Assembly (NCBI GenBank): GCA_018821985.1
Contig: JAHJKP010000040.1
Location: 29,956-93,955, forward strand
Origin: Pseudomonadota bacterium
Lineage (GTDB): Bacteria; Desulfobacterota; Desulfobulbia; Desulfobulbales; Desulfocapsaceae
Length of the DNA: 64,000 bases
Direction: 5' to 3'
Shown: in pieces, positions 1-9,800 of the stretch
Layout: each line of letters opens with the position of its first letter
How positions within the stretch are numbered: position 1 is the first letter of the stretch
Program-made: the position numbers and the translations under genes
Notes under the pieces: generated by a model
What the model saw: the letters and a program-made list of their open reading frames with translations, nothing else
Told to the model about the DNA's origin: nothing
Database searches by the model: none

Positions 1-4
1 AACA

Positions 5-1390
5 ATGAGATCCAGTCTCCTTTTGATAGCAAAGCCGAGACATAATACTGACATCCTTGAACTGCTAACTTCTCTTTTTGCCGAAAAATTGGCACAGAAA
101 AGCATCCAGTATGGGAACTACAGTCTCAAACAATATCTCATCGTAGAGGGTAATACCTTGACTACGGCAATAGTTGATGGCTATGTGATTGCCGCCTTTG
201 ATGATCGACTGGTGAAGGAAAGCCTGGACCGGTACGACAGCAAGCAGGGAAGCCTGGCGCAGAACAAAGAATATATCCGCCTGCGTCACGATTTTATTAA
301 GGCCAAACTCTTTACCTATGTTTCGATGCCGGCGCTCAATGGGCAGATCAACAGGTTGACAGATGATCTTGACGCTGTGCAGAAAGAGGATCTGCAGAAG
401 GTCACAGACCAGTGGAAAGGTTGGGCGGGGATGGCCTTTGGGGCCTGGAAAGAAAAGGGGATACTGCGGGACAAGGCTGTTATCTTGTTTAACAAGGATT
501 TGCTGGATCCTCTTGTGGGCAAGATGTTTGCTATCCAACCAGTGGACAATAAAACACTGGCCATGGTTCCTGCCGGCGTCCTTGGCTATTACTGGACTAA
601 TACCTTGAATATGAACGCGTTCTGGGAGATGTTCACCCTTGAGATGAAAGAGAGTGAGGAGCAGCTCAAGGCCATGGAGCAAGAAGTAAAAACGGTCACT
701 GGTGTGGAGTTGCCGCAATTCCTCTCTATGTTTGGTGCTGAGGCGGTCATCTTGTTGAAAAAAATTGCCACCGACGGCTTTATCCCTTTGCCTGATGGGG
801 CCATCTTTCTGAAGATTGACAAAGAGGATGAATTTATTAAAATGTTGGGGCCACTGATTGCCAAGAGTAATATCCCAACCAAGACCGAGCCATATAAAGG
901 TGTCAATCTCACCTCCTTGGAGGTCTCATTCCATCCTAGCCTGCAGCCTGTTTACGTCCTGCATCAAGGGTATTTTATCCTGGCAACCACTGTGGATCTT
1001 GTAAAAAATATTATTGACAGTGCAGCTGGTGATGACAAAGGACGATCTAATGGTGCGGGAAACAAGGATGGCAGGAGCGGCGGTCTGATCAGTGATGATA
1101 GCTTTAAACAGGTCAATCAAGGATTGGGTCGCGGGCTGACCAAGGAAAATAACTCTGTGAGCTTTGTCCGGTTTTCATCTCTGTTGCATGTGATAAAGGA
1201 ACTGGTAAGCTGGGGTGGAACGATGCTTTCCATGGAGGATCGTGAGGCAGCGCAGAGATCTAAGGTAATGATTGAACAACTGATCTTTCCTCTTCTCGAT
1301 GGACTGGCCATGTATGAGGTAATTGGTTCACGCAGCCGCATCGAGGGTGACGCTATTGTCCTGGAATCGACCACAATACTGGCTCAGTAG
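5..1390 (+). CDS. hypothetical protein, probably 5'-truncated by the window edge
   Basis: 461-aa ORF with no in-frame stop back to the window edge. Composition is non-repetitive. I cannot name a motif with certainty; a DUF3352-like periplasmic protein is only a weak guess. Confidence 0.5.
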   Translation: MRSSLLLIAKPRHNTDILELLTSLFAEKLAQKSIQYGNYSLKQYLIVEGNTLTTAIVDGYVIAAFDDRLVKESLDRYDSKQGSLAQNKEYIRLRHDFIKAKLFTYVSMPALNGQINRLTDDLDAVQKEDLQKVTDQWKGWAGMAFGAWKEKGILRDKAVILFNKDLLDPLVGKMFAIQPVDNKTLAMVPAGVLGYYWTNTLNMNAFWEMFTLEMKESEEQLKAMEQEVKTVTGVELPQFLSMFGAEAVILLKKIATDGFIPLPDGAIFLKIDKEDEFIKMLGPLIAKSNIPTKTEPYKGVNLTSLEVSFHPSLQPVYVLHQGYFILATTVDLVKNIIDSAAGDDKGRSNGAGNKDGRSGGLISDDSFKQVNQGLGRGLTKENNSVSFVRFSSLLHVIKELVSWGGTMLSMEDREAAQRSKVMIEQLIFPLLDGLAMYEVIGSRSRIEGDAIVLESTTILAQ

Positions 1391-1468
1391 TCAAGATGGG
1401 CAATATAGAAATAGATAGCAAAGTAATGGCTATTTCTTTACAGCACCTACATTAAAAAGCATGATGAT

Positions 1469-1888
1469 ATGGAAAAAATAATTGCAGAATTAAAACAGAT
1501 GGTCCGGTTCAAGGACAGCACTGATATAGGTGACCTGGTCCTGATTGTTGCTAAAGAGCCTCAGATATCGGCCTTATATGCCTTGGTCACGGATATCGAG
1601 CGGGACAGCAGCCGCAAGAATGAATGGTGGAATGTCAGTTTGACCCTATTATCCATTCCGCCGCAAGAGACGATCTGGACCCTGCGGACGCCTCAGTTGA
1701 CTGGTATGGAGGTGTTCACCATGGGAGGGGAGGAACGCTTTGTCAAGGCTGTTGAGTTTGGCACGACTCTTCTGCAGTCAGCGGCTATGGATAGTCTAAC
1801 TCAGCAGGCGCCAAAGACAACGCAGGAGCAACCAAGTCCTGTTGCCCGGGAAGAGAAAAAGAGCCCTTTCCTTAAACGGGTAAAATAA
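1469..1888 (+). CDS. hypothetical protein
   Basis: 139-aa ORF. Its TAA stop overlaps the thiL ATG (TAATG), which suggests translational coupling. No recognisable motif. Confidence 0.45.
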   Translation: MEKIIAELKQMVRFKDSTDIGDLVLIVAKEPQISALYALVTDIERDSSRKNEWWNVSLTLLSIPPQETIWTLRTPQLTGMEVFTMGGEERFVKAVEFGTTLLQSAAMDSLTQQAPKTTQEQPSPVAREEKKSPFLKRVK

Positions 1889-2892
1889 TGGCTGTATTGT
1901 CCGAACGGGCGCTGATTAGTTTGATCAGAGAAGCAAGTGCTTTCTCTGCCCCAGGCCTGATTCAAGGGATTGGCGATGATTGTGCAGTTTTTGGATCGCC
2001 AGAGGCCGGGCAGTGGCTGATAACAACGGATACCCTGGTAGAACAGGTCCATTTTGACAGAGACTGGCATCCCCCTGAGTTGCTGGGCCGCAAGAGCATC
2101 GCGGTGAATCTTAGTGACATTGCGGCCATGGGTGGACGTCCCCGCTTTGTCCTGCTTTCTCTCTGTCTGCCTCCTGCTCTTGCCTCCGATTGGCTTCAAT
2201 GCTGGTTGTCCGGTGTCTCTGCTATCCTGGCTGAATATGGATGTGTCTTGATTGGTGGCGATACGGTACGTGGCCGGGAATTGGTGATTTCAGTCACGGT
2301 GATTGGAGAGGCTGCGTGCAATCATATCCTCTATCGCACAGGTGCTCGTCCCGGAGATACCGTCTATGTGAGTGGTCCGCTTGGTTCTGCCGCCGCCGGT
2401 TTGGCCTTGTTTCAGCGAGCGAAAAAGGAAGGAAAGTCTTTTGAACAATGGCCCAAGTGGCAGGCCCTGCTTGATGCCCACTTAAATCCGGCAGCGCAGG
2501 TTGAATTGGGCCAGCAGCTCGCACTCAGTGGCTGTGTGACCTCCATGCAGGATATCTCAGATGGCCTGGCCACAGATCTTGCTCATATCTGCCACGAAAG
2601 CGGAACCGGCAGTGTCCTCTACGCAGAGAGACTGCCGTCCTTACCATCCCTTGACAGTGCGGCCATTTTTCTGGTTCAGGAGAAGCTGGATCTGTTACTC
2701 AAAGGGGGGGAGGACTATCAACTCCTCTTCACTGTGCCCCCCGACAGGGAAAAAGAGCTGGAGAGGCAATTACTGAGTAGCCCTCACCACCAGATCTATC
2801 CGGTTGGAACCATTGTCGAAGGCCAAGGTGTGCTCCTGGAAAAAAACGATGGAACCCGCAGTGACATCACATTTCAGGGCTACGAACATTAA
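1888..2892 (+). CDS. thiL: thiamine-monophosphate kinase (AIR-synthase-related fold)
   Basis: N-terminal GIGDDCAVF motif, LGRKSIAVNLSDIAAMGG, GGDT, and a ~330-aa length typical of ThiL. Confidence 0.85.
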   Translation: MAVLSERALISLIREASAFSAPGLIQGIGDDCAVFGSPEAGQWLITTDTLVEQVHFDRDWHPPELLGRKSIAVNLSDIAAMGGRPRFVLLSLCLPPALASDWLQCWLSGVSAILAEYGCVLIGGDTVRGRELVISVTVIGEAACNHILYRTGARPGDTVYVSGPLGSAAAGLALFQRAKKEGKSFEQWPKWQALLDAHLNPAAQVELGQQLALSGCVTSMQDISDGLATDLAHICHESGTGSVLYAERLPSLPSLDSAAIFLVQEKLDLLLKGGEDYQLLFTVPPDREKELERQLLSSPHHQIYPVGTIVEGQGVLLEKNDGTRSDITFQGYEH

Positions 2893-2894
2893 TA

Positions 2895-3413
2895 TTAGTC
2901 AGAGGGCAGCGATAAGTGGGCCAGATCAAGGCGAATCGATTCTCTTGTGGTCTTAAACTGACGGTAGCCGATGCCGGCATGATCAAGCATCATTTTTGAG
3001 GCCCGGACTGTATCAGTATCCTTATATTTGTCTGACATATAGATAATCTCCTTGATTCCTGCCTGGATAATTACCTTGGTGCATTCGTTGCACGGGAAGA
3101 GTCCCACATAGATGCGGCAATTGTTGAGGTTATAGGTGATGGAGTTGAGTACGGCATTGACTTCCGCATGACAAACATAGGGGTATTTGGTGTCAAGAAA
3201 TGCCCCTTCCCGTGCCCATGGGAGTTTATCGTCGGAGCAGCCCCAGGGAAAGCCATTATATCCGACCCCTACGATCTTGTTCTGTTCATTGGCTACACAG
3301 GCTCCCACCTGCGTGTTTGGATCTTTACTGCGATGGGCAGAGAGGAGGGCGACTGCCATGAAATACTCATCCCAGGAAAGATAGTCACTCCGCTTTTGTT
3401 CTTTCTTATTCAT
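2895..3413 (-). CDS. deoxycytidylate (dCMP) deaminase, ComEB-type
   Basis: Zinc-deaminase motifs HAEVNAV and PCNECTKVIIQAGI. I place the start at the internal Met (MNKKEQ...) because the longer ORF (to 3449) would overlap the upstream gene by 19 nt. Confidence 0.85.
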   Translation of the reverse strand: MNKKEQKRSDYLSWDEYFMAVALLSAHRSKDPNTQVGACVANEQNKIVGVGYNGFPWGCSDDKLPWAREGAFLDTKYPYVCHAEVNAVLNSITYNLNNCRIYVGLFPCNECTKVIIQAGIKEIIYMSDKYKDTDTVRASKMMLDHAGIGYRQFKTTRESIRLDLAHLSLPSD

Positions 3414-3430
3414 AAAATTTTCTTCCGCGA

Positions 3431-4321
3431 TTACAGGTTGGGAATCCATTGTTTGATTGTCTTCTGCAACTGGCCGTCGATCTTGCTTTGCTGGATAAAA
3501 TGATTGGCCTGTTGTCTGAGCTTATCATCATCTTTTCTCATCTCCCATCCCAGATATTCTTCCGTCACCAGGGTAAGGATAGGGCTAAGCCCGGCGGATT
3601 TATTGATTGCGGCATAATAACAGATTGTTGGTGCGTCATGGAGAAAGAGATCTATCCTTTTGCGTTTTAAGGCCTGAGTTGCCTTTTCAACAGTTTTGAA
3701 ACGCATGATCCTGACGCCCCGAATAGTCCTGGTGAGAAACAGATCGCCGCTGCTTCCTTCGATGACTCCAAGGGTAAAACCGGAATCTTCCAGACTGTAG
3801 ATCCCGGTGGAAAAGAGGGCCATATCCCGGGATCTGACCATGAGGATCTGTCCGGCCCGCAGGTACGGGTCACTAAAAGTTATAGCCTGATTTTCCAAGT
3901 TGTTGATTTTCAGGCCGGACATAATGATATCAATATGTCCTTTGAGCAGGGCTTCCTTGGCCTTTTTCTTCGGTACTTTGATGAATTGTATCGTGCGGCC
4001 GGAAAATATCCCTAACTGCTGGGCAAGGTCTGCTTCCAGTCCTTGAATTTTTTTATCTTGTTGATACATAAAGGGAGGGACGTCTTGGGAGACTCCCACG
4101 CGCAATATGTCGGGAGCGGCTGCTATCTCAGGATCTGCCAGAGGTTCTGGCGGTAGTGGCTTTGGAGGGACGACTAGAGGGTTGACTATTATTTTCTGGT
4201 GCTCGGACATCTTTTTGGTGGGCAGGACATATTCAGGAACGTCTGGCCCGCAGGCGCTGAGGCTGAAGAAAAAGAGCAAGGTCAGCGCTGTCAGCAAGGG
4301 TTGAATGATATAGTTGCGCAT
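3431..4321 (-). CDS. ABC transporter substrate-binding lipoprotein (family 3, amino-acid type)
   Basis: Signal peptide with lipobox LSAC. Family-3 SBP-like stretches (VGVSQDVPPFMY, IDIIMSGL, FSDPY). Confidence 0.7.
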   Translation of the reverse strand: MRNYIIQPLLTALTLLFFFSLSACGPDVPEYVLPTKKMSEHQKIIVNPLVVPPKPLPPEPLADPEIAAAPDILRVGVSQDVPPFMYQQDKKIQGLEADLAQQLGIFSGRTIQFIKVPKKKAKEALLKGHIDIIMSGLKINNLENQAITFSDPYLRAGQILMVRSRDMALFSTGIYSLEDSGFTLGVIEGSSGDLFLTRTIRGVRIMRFKTVEKATQALKRKRIDLFLHDAPTICYYAAINKSAGLSPILTLVTEEYLGWEMRKDDDKLRQQANHFIQQSKIDGQLQKTIKQWIPNL

Positions 4322-4402
4322 ACGTGTTTACATGAAAAAATGTGGTAATGAACGGCCTAAAACGAGTTTTCTGCAGCCTGATGTCGCAATAGTAGTTTCT
4401 TC

Positions 4403-5221
4403 TTATTTGGCTGCTTTTCTTCTTCTGCGCCAGGATGAAGCCCCGGTAATCTTGTCAATAAACTGTTTGATGGCTTGAAAATAGAGTTTCCCTGCCACCG
4501 TTATTATAGAGTTATGATCTGCCCCGGGGACAACCTGGAATTCCTTGCTCTTGGCCCCGCAAAATGATTGCAGCTTTTCCGCCTCAACCGCTGAAATCAG
4601 CTCATCTCTTGCACCATGGAGGATAAACGTTGGTTTCGTAACCTGCGCAATCTTGGCACTGTTATTAAAGCACTCTTCTTCCGCAATATTCAAATCGTTC
4701 AGATCTATTCCCAGTGACTGCGCCAGGGGGAGGGTATCGGCAAAGCCGCTTTCAATGATCAATCCTTTGATGTCATCTGAAAATTTTTCGGCAAGATCTA
4801 TGGCGCAGGCAGACCCCAGAGAGCGGCCCATGAGAAAGAGGGCGCCGGTATACCCATTTTCGCTCAACCATTTTCTGCATTCCTGCAACAGAATCTCTCC
4901 ATCGCTGAACATGGTTGTGACGCTGGGCTGACCGCTGCTCCAGCCATACCCGCGATAATCTGTTACCAGCAGGTTGATGCCCACCTCGTTGTATTGTGGG
5001 CCTATGGTGTCATGGTCGCTGACCGTTTCTCCGTTGCCGTGAAAGTAGAGAATAGAGGGAGCGTCGTAATCGGTGAGATAAAAGCGACAACCGATGTGCA
5101 CCCCCGGCTCCATCTCAATAGTGATATCTTTGGCACCAGGCGGCAAAGGGCTAACTGTCTCGGGTTGTGGGTAAAAGATATGTGCGAGGATTTCCGGACG
5201 ATCTAATTTGGCATATGACAT
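4403..5221 (-). CDS. alpha/beta-fold hydrolase
   Basis: HGNGE oxyanion region, nucleophile elbow GRSLGS, late HGARD and GADHN (Asp/His) motifs. Confidence 0.7.
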   Translation of the reverse strand: MSYAKLDRPEILAHIFYPQPETVSPLPPGAKDITIEMEPGVHIGCRFYLTDYDAPSILYFHGNGETVSDHDTIGPQYNEVGINLLVTDYRGYGWSSGQPSVTTMFSDGEILLQECRKWLSENGYTGALFLMGRSLGSACAIDLAEKFSDDIKGLIIESGFADTLPLAQSLGIDLNDLNIAEEECFNNSAKIAQVTKPTFILHGARDELISAVEAEKLQSFCGAKSKEFQVVPGADHNSIITVAGKLYFQAIKQFIDKITGASSWRRRRKAAK

Positions 5222-5277
5222 GGGCTAACCCTATATTGTATCAAGCTGTGTACGATTTCGCGCAGAGGAAAAACTAA

Positions 5278-6114
5278 TTATTCTTTCTTTTTGGCGTGTA
5301 ACTGGATCTTCTTCTTGATCGCTAATTCCTGGGCAACCTGCGTTGCCGTCTCTTCAATGGATCTGCCATCAGACATGATAAACGGAATCTTATATTTCAG
5401 GAAGATCTGATGCGCCTGATTGATCTCGTTGACGCAGGTGGCAAGCTTGGCATATGAACTGTCCTTGTACCGTTTTTCTCTGATATGATGCAGGATCTCC
5501 GGAGTGGTGGAGAGACCGATGACCCGTTTTTTGTTTCTGACGATATCTGCTGGCAGGCGATAGACATTTAAATCGTCACAGATCAAAGGGTAATTGGCTG
5601 TTTTGATCCCCATCTGGGTGGCCAGATAGACTGATACCGGGGTCTTGCCTGAACGGGAGACCCCGAGCAGGATGACCTCTGCCTCATCGTAATCATTGGT
5701 CGAGGTGCCATCGTCATGGGAGATACAATACTGGATGGCAGAAACTCGCTTGGCCATGGTGGTATCATCGAGATGTCTTGAAAATCCAGATTCCCGCAGG
5801 GACTTGGCCTCCAGAAGTTCATCCAGTCGGGTAAGATACGTGTCACAGATGTTGAAAATTTCAATCCCCGGTGCATCAAGGATCTGGATCAATTCGGGAT
5901 TCATGATGGTGGAGAACACAAGAGGATGGCGGCCTGACGATTGTTTAAGAATATGCTCACGGGCATTCCAGGCATCCTGTTCTGTCCTGATAAAAGGGAT
6001 CTTCTCTTCGTTGAAGCTGATCTCCGGGAACTGGCAAAGCAGCGCCTTGCCAAGATCCTCGGCCAGGATCCCGGTGCTGCCGGAAAGATAATAAACATCT
6101 TTAGATTTCCACAT
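5278..6114 (-). CDS. ppsR: PEP synthase / pyruvate phosphate dikinase regulatory protein (PSRP, DUF299 family)
   Basis: Family-typical N-terminus YLSGSTGILAEDLGKALL and P-loop GVSRSGKTP. Length 278 aa. Confidence 0.85.
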   Translation of the reverse strand: MWKSKDVYYLSGSTGILAEDLGKALLCQFPEISFNEEKIPFIRTEQDAWNAREHILKQSSGRHPLVFSTIMNPELIQILDAPGIEIFNICDTYLTRLDELLEAKSLRESGFSRHLDDTTMAKRVSAIQYCISHDDGTSTNDYDEAEVILLGVSRSGKTPVSVYLATQMGIKTANYPLICDDLNVYRLPADIVRNKKRVIGLSTTPEILHHIREKRYKDSSYAKLATCVNEINQAHQIFLKYKIPFIMSDGRSIEETATQVAQELAIKKKIQLHAKKKE

Positions 6115-6319
6115 GGTGTTCCCTTTTCAGTTGGCTGTCAGCCTTGCAGACATCAGCATAAGATCTCCAACAATTACGGCCAGCGCTCTTGGACTGATAC
6201 ATGGCCCGAACAGCATTTTTAAGCAGGGTGCTGACATTATTTGCATCGTCCGGGTAAATGGTAACGCCAACGCTGGCTGAAACTGATGCCATAAAGCTTG
6301 CTATCGTTCTTTGCCCCAT
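6101..6319 (-). pseudogene. C-terminal remnant of a GGDEF (diguanylate cyclase) domain
   Basis: The 72-aa ORF reads SVSASVGVTIYPDDANNVSTLLKNAVRAMYQSKSAGRNC, which matches the last strands and helix of GGDEF domains (consensus ..S.GVA.YP.....LL..AD.AMY.AK..GRN). The GGDEF motif and everything upstream are missing. The ORF overlaps the dnaE 3' end and the ppsR start. Confidence 0.45.
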
Positions 6320-9300
6320 TTTTTACGGGAAGGGGCAATGAGCTGTTTTTTCTTAAAAGTCAGGGGCTGATACCCGAGAATCTCCTGCGTTTTTTCGGAA
6401 AATTCATGGCATGGTCTGATGGTGAGGTCTTTGAGAATCTCCACGTCAACCTCTCCGCGCCCTGGAAAATGCAGGGTGATCAGCAGGGGACAGGTCCCAT
6501 GAAACTGGTAGCAGATTTTTTTCAGTGACTCCAGTCGTTGTCTGGTAATGATCGCGGCCTTCAGTTCCATTTTGATGGATTCGGTATATTTTTCACGGGC
6601 CTCGGGGAGAAGGTCGATGGACTCGGCAATGATCTTGGCACCTCGCTCGTCTTTCTGCACTGTCCCCTGGATGATCACTGCCTCTGTTGATGATAACAGG
6701 CTGTGGGTGCGGGAATAGGTGTCCGGGAAAACCACCACCTCCACTGAATCCAGGACATCTTCAAGAGTGATGAAGGCCATGGAATCGCCTTTTTTGCTCT
6801 TCAGCAGCTTACAGGTACGAATAAGACCGCCAACACGGACAGGTTGCTCATCTCCCCACTCTGCCAGCTTGCCGATATCGGTATCGACAACAGTTCTGAT
6901 CTCATGGATGGCATCATCCAGCGGGTGACCTGTGATGTAAAAACCCACGGTCTCCTTTTCAAAGGCCAGTCTTTCCAGTTCACTCCACTCTGGAATATCA
7001 GGAAGAGGAATGGCTATGATCTCTTTTTGAGTGGTGCCGGGTGTCAGATCGAAAAGAGACATCTGGCCGCTCTGGCGATCCCGCTGTGCCGCCTTGGCCT
7101 GTTCCATTGCCTGGGGGAGAATAGTGTAGAGTTGAGAACGTTTACATCCCAGTGAATCAAAAGAGCCCGCCTTAATCAGGCTTTCAATAACCCTGGAGTT
7201 GACCCGCCGGGAATCAATCCGGTTACAGAAATCTTCCAGGGAGGTATATCTCCCTCCCTCTGCCCTTTCTTGAATAATTGATTCCAGAGCGGCACCGCCG
7301 ACATTTTTGACCGCGGCCAGACCAAAGCGGATACGGTCATCGGTCACGTTAAAATCATAAAGTGATTCATTTATATCGGGAGGCAGCACCTCGATCTGAT
7401 GTTCCCGGCACTCGTTGATATAGAGGACGATCTTGTCCGTGTTGTTCATGTCGCAGGAGAGAAGGGCGGCCATGAACTGGGCTGGGTGATGTGCCTTGAG
7501 ATAGGCGGTCTGATAACAGATCAGGGCATAGGCAGCAGAATGCGACTTGTTGAAGCCATAGCCTGCAAATTTAGCCATCAGGTCAAAGACATATTCAGCC
7601 TTATCTTCCGGGATATTATTCTGTTTGGCCCCGGCCATGAATTTGACTTTCTCCTTGTCCATGACCTCGGCAATTTTTTTACCCATGGCCCGTCGCAGGT
7701 TGTCGGCATCTCCTAAGGAGTAACTGGCCAGGATATTAGAGATCTGCATGACCTGTTCCTGATAGACAATGACTCCGTAGGTCTCTTCCAGGACTGATTT
7801 GATCTGGGGCAGGGGATAATTAGCGGTGGCGCGACCATGTTTGGTTTCCACAAAATCATTCACCATCCCTGAGTCAAGAGGACCTGGACGATAGAGGGCG
7901 ACGAGGGCAATCAGGTCACTGAACTGTTCGGGAGCCATTTTGACCAACAGTTCTCGCATACCGGAGCTTTCCAGCTGAAAGACTCCCAGGGCATCTCCCT
8001 TGCAGAGCAGCGCATAGGTTTTGAGGTCATCCATGGGAATGGCGTCGATGTCAAGATCCGTGCCGATGTCCGCCTTGATATGTTTGAGAGCCTTGTCAAT
8101 TACGGTGAGGGTCTTGAGGCCGAGAAAATCAAACTTGATCAGCCCGGTCATCTCGGTATGCTTCATGTCATACTGGGTCAGGGTCTCACCCTCTTTTCCC
8201 TTACAGGTGGGCAGAAATTCCACCATGGGTTGGGGAGAGACGACAACACCGGCCGCGTGTGTTGATGTGTGCCGGGCAAGTCCCTCCAGAGACTGGGCCA
8301 CGCGCAGCAGTTCGGCAATCTGGGGATTTTTGTTGGCGGCATCCTGAAGGCGCGGTTCCTCGGCAAAGGCCTTTTTGAGGGTCATCTTCAACTGTTCAGG
8401 GACGAGCTTGGCTATTCTGTCCACTTCACCAAAGGGGATATCCATGGCGCGGCCCACGTCGCGAATTACCCCGCGTGCCTTCATGGTACCGTAGGTCAGG
8501 ATCTGGGCGACATGATCGGCACCGCCATATTTGTTCTGTACGTATTTTATCACCTCTCCACGCCGTTCCTGACAGAAGTCCACGTCAAAGTCCGGCATTC
8601 CTTTTCGCTCGATATTCAAAAAACGCTCGAAGAGGAGGCCGTAAGGGATGGGATCGATATTGGTGATACGCATGCAGTAGGCGGCAAGACTGCCGGCTCC
8701 TGATCCACGGCCAGGTCCTACTGGAATACCCTGATCTTTGGCCCAGTTGATGAAATCAGCAACGATGAGAAAATAACCGGGAAAACCCATGGTGTTGATG
8801 ACATTAATTTCTGAGGTCAACCGATCTTTATACTGTTTTTCCACGCCGGGATTAAATGTCCCGACCTTGCGCATGGCCGCGAAACGTTCCTTCAATCCCT
8901 CCCAGCAGGCCGTGGCGAACATGGACTCAAGGGTCTCACCTTCCACTACAGGAAAGATAGGGAAGTAGTAGTCACCAAAACCAATTTCGAGATTACAACG
9001 TGCGGCAATCTCGATAGTTGTAGCGATGGCCTCAGGAGTATGCTTGAAATTATTTTTCATCTCCTCTGGAGATTTAAAATAAAATTCGTCAGTGGAAAAT
9101 TTAAAACGTTTGGAGTTTGTTATGGTGTTGTTGGTCTGGATGCAGAGAAGCACATCATGGGCATGGGCCTCATCTTTGTTCAGATAGTGACAGTCATTGG
9201 TGGCCACTGTCTTGATCTGAAGCTCTGCTGCCAGTTTTTTCATCCCGTTGTTGACCGGGGTCTGCTCTGGGATACCGTTTTCCTGGAGTTCGAAGTAGAG

Positions 9301-9798
9301 GCGGTCGCCAAAGATATCCTGGAATTCTTTGGCTTTTTCCCGGGCTCCGTCCATGTCGTTCTGACCAATGAGCCAGGGAACCTGGCCATGGAGGCAGGCT
9401 GTGAGTGCTATAAGACCTTCGTTATGGGCAGCCAGGGTCTCCATGTCGATGCGAGGTTTGTAATAAAATCCCTCAAACTGGGCAATGGCAGCCAGTTTCA
9501 TCAGGTTCTTGTAGCCGGCAGAATCCATGGCCAGAAGCACGATATGAAAATGACCCTTTTCCTGATCTGTCCGGTTGCCGGGCGCCATGTAGAACTCGCA
9601 GCCGATGATTGGCTTTATCCCCGCCTTTTTGGCCTTGACGTAGAATTCGAGTGCGCCGTACATGGCACCGTGATCGGTGATGGCCACGCTGTCCATTCCA
9701 TATTCCTTGCACTTGTCCAGAAGGTCAGGAATACGTATGGCCCCATCCAGCAGGCTATACTGGGTATGGACGTGGAGATGAACGAATCCGGCGCTCAT
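6301..9798 (-). CDS. dnaE: DNA polymerase III alpha subunit
   Basis: 1165 aa. N-terminal PHP domain (FVHLHVHTQYSLLDGA), polymerase core motifs (PDFDVDF, GLLKFDFLGL) and an OB-fold tail. Confidence 0.97.
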   Translation of the reverse strand: MSAGFVHLHVHTQYSLLDGAIRIPDLLDKCKEYGMDSVAITDHGAMYGALEFYVKAKKAGIKPIIGCEFYMAPGNRTDQEKGHFHIVLLAMDSAGYKNLMKLAAIAQFEGFYYKPRIDMETLAAHNEGLIALTACLHGQVPWLIGQNDMDGAREKAKEFQDIFGDRLYFELQENGIPEQTPVNNGMKKLAAELQIKTVATNDCHYLNKDEAHAHDVLLCIQTNNTITNSKRFKFSTDEFYFKSPEEMKNNFKHTPEAIATTIEIAARCNLEIGFGDYYFPIFPVVEGETLESMFATACWEGLKERFAAMRKVGTFNPGVEKQYKDRLTSEINVINTMGFPGYFLIVADFINWAKDQGIPVGPGRGSGAGSLAAYCMRITNIDPIPYGLLFERFLNIERKGMPDFDVDFCQERRGEVIKYVQNKYGGADHVAQILTYGTMKARGVIRDVGRAMDIPFGEVDRIAKLVPEQLKMTLKKAFAEEPRLQDAANKNPQIAELLRVAQSLEGLARHTSTHAAGVVVSPQPMVEFLPTCKGKEGETLTQYDMKHTEMTGLIKFDFLGLKTLTVIDKALKHIKADIGTDLDIDAIPMDDLKTYALLCKGDALGVFQLESSGMRELLVKMAPEQFSDLIALVALYRPGPLDSGMVNDFVETKHGRATANYPLPQIKSVLEETYGVIVYQEQVMQISNILASYSLGDADNLRRAMGKKIAEVMDKEKVKFMAGAKQNNIPEDKAEYVFDLMAKFAGYGFNKSHSAAYALICYQTAYLKAHHPAQFMAALLSCDMNNTDKIVLYINECREHQIEVLPPDINESLYDFNVTDDRIRFGLAAVKNVGGAALESIIQERAEGGRYTSLEDFCNRIDSRRVNSRVIESLIKAGSFDSLGCKRSQLYTILPQAMEQAKAAQRDRQSGQMSLFDLTPGTTQKEIIAIPLPDIPEWSELERLAFEKETVGFYITGHPLDDAIHEIRTVVDTDIGKLAEWGDEQPVRVGGLIRTCKLLKSKKGDSMAFITLEDVLDSVEVVVFPDTYSRTHSLLSSTEAVIIQGTVQKDERGAKIIAESIDLLPEAREKYTESIKMELKAAIITRQRLESLKKICYQFHGTCPLLITLHFPGRGEVDVEILKDLTIRPCHEFSEKTQEILGYQPLTFKKKQLIAPSRKKWGKER

Positions 9799-9800
9799 TT

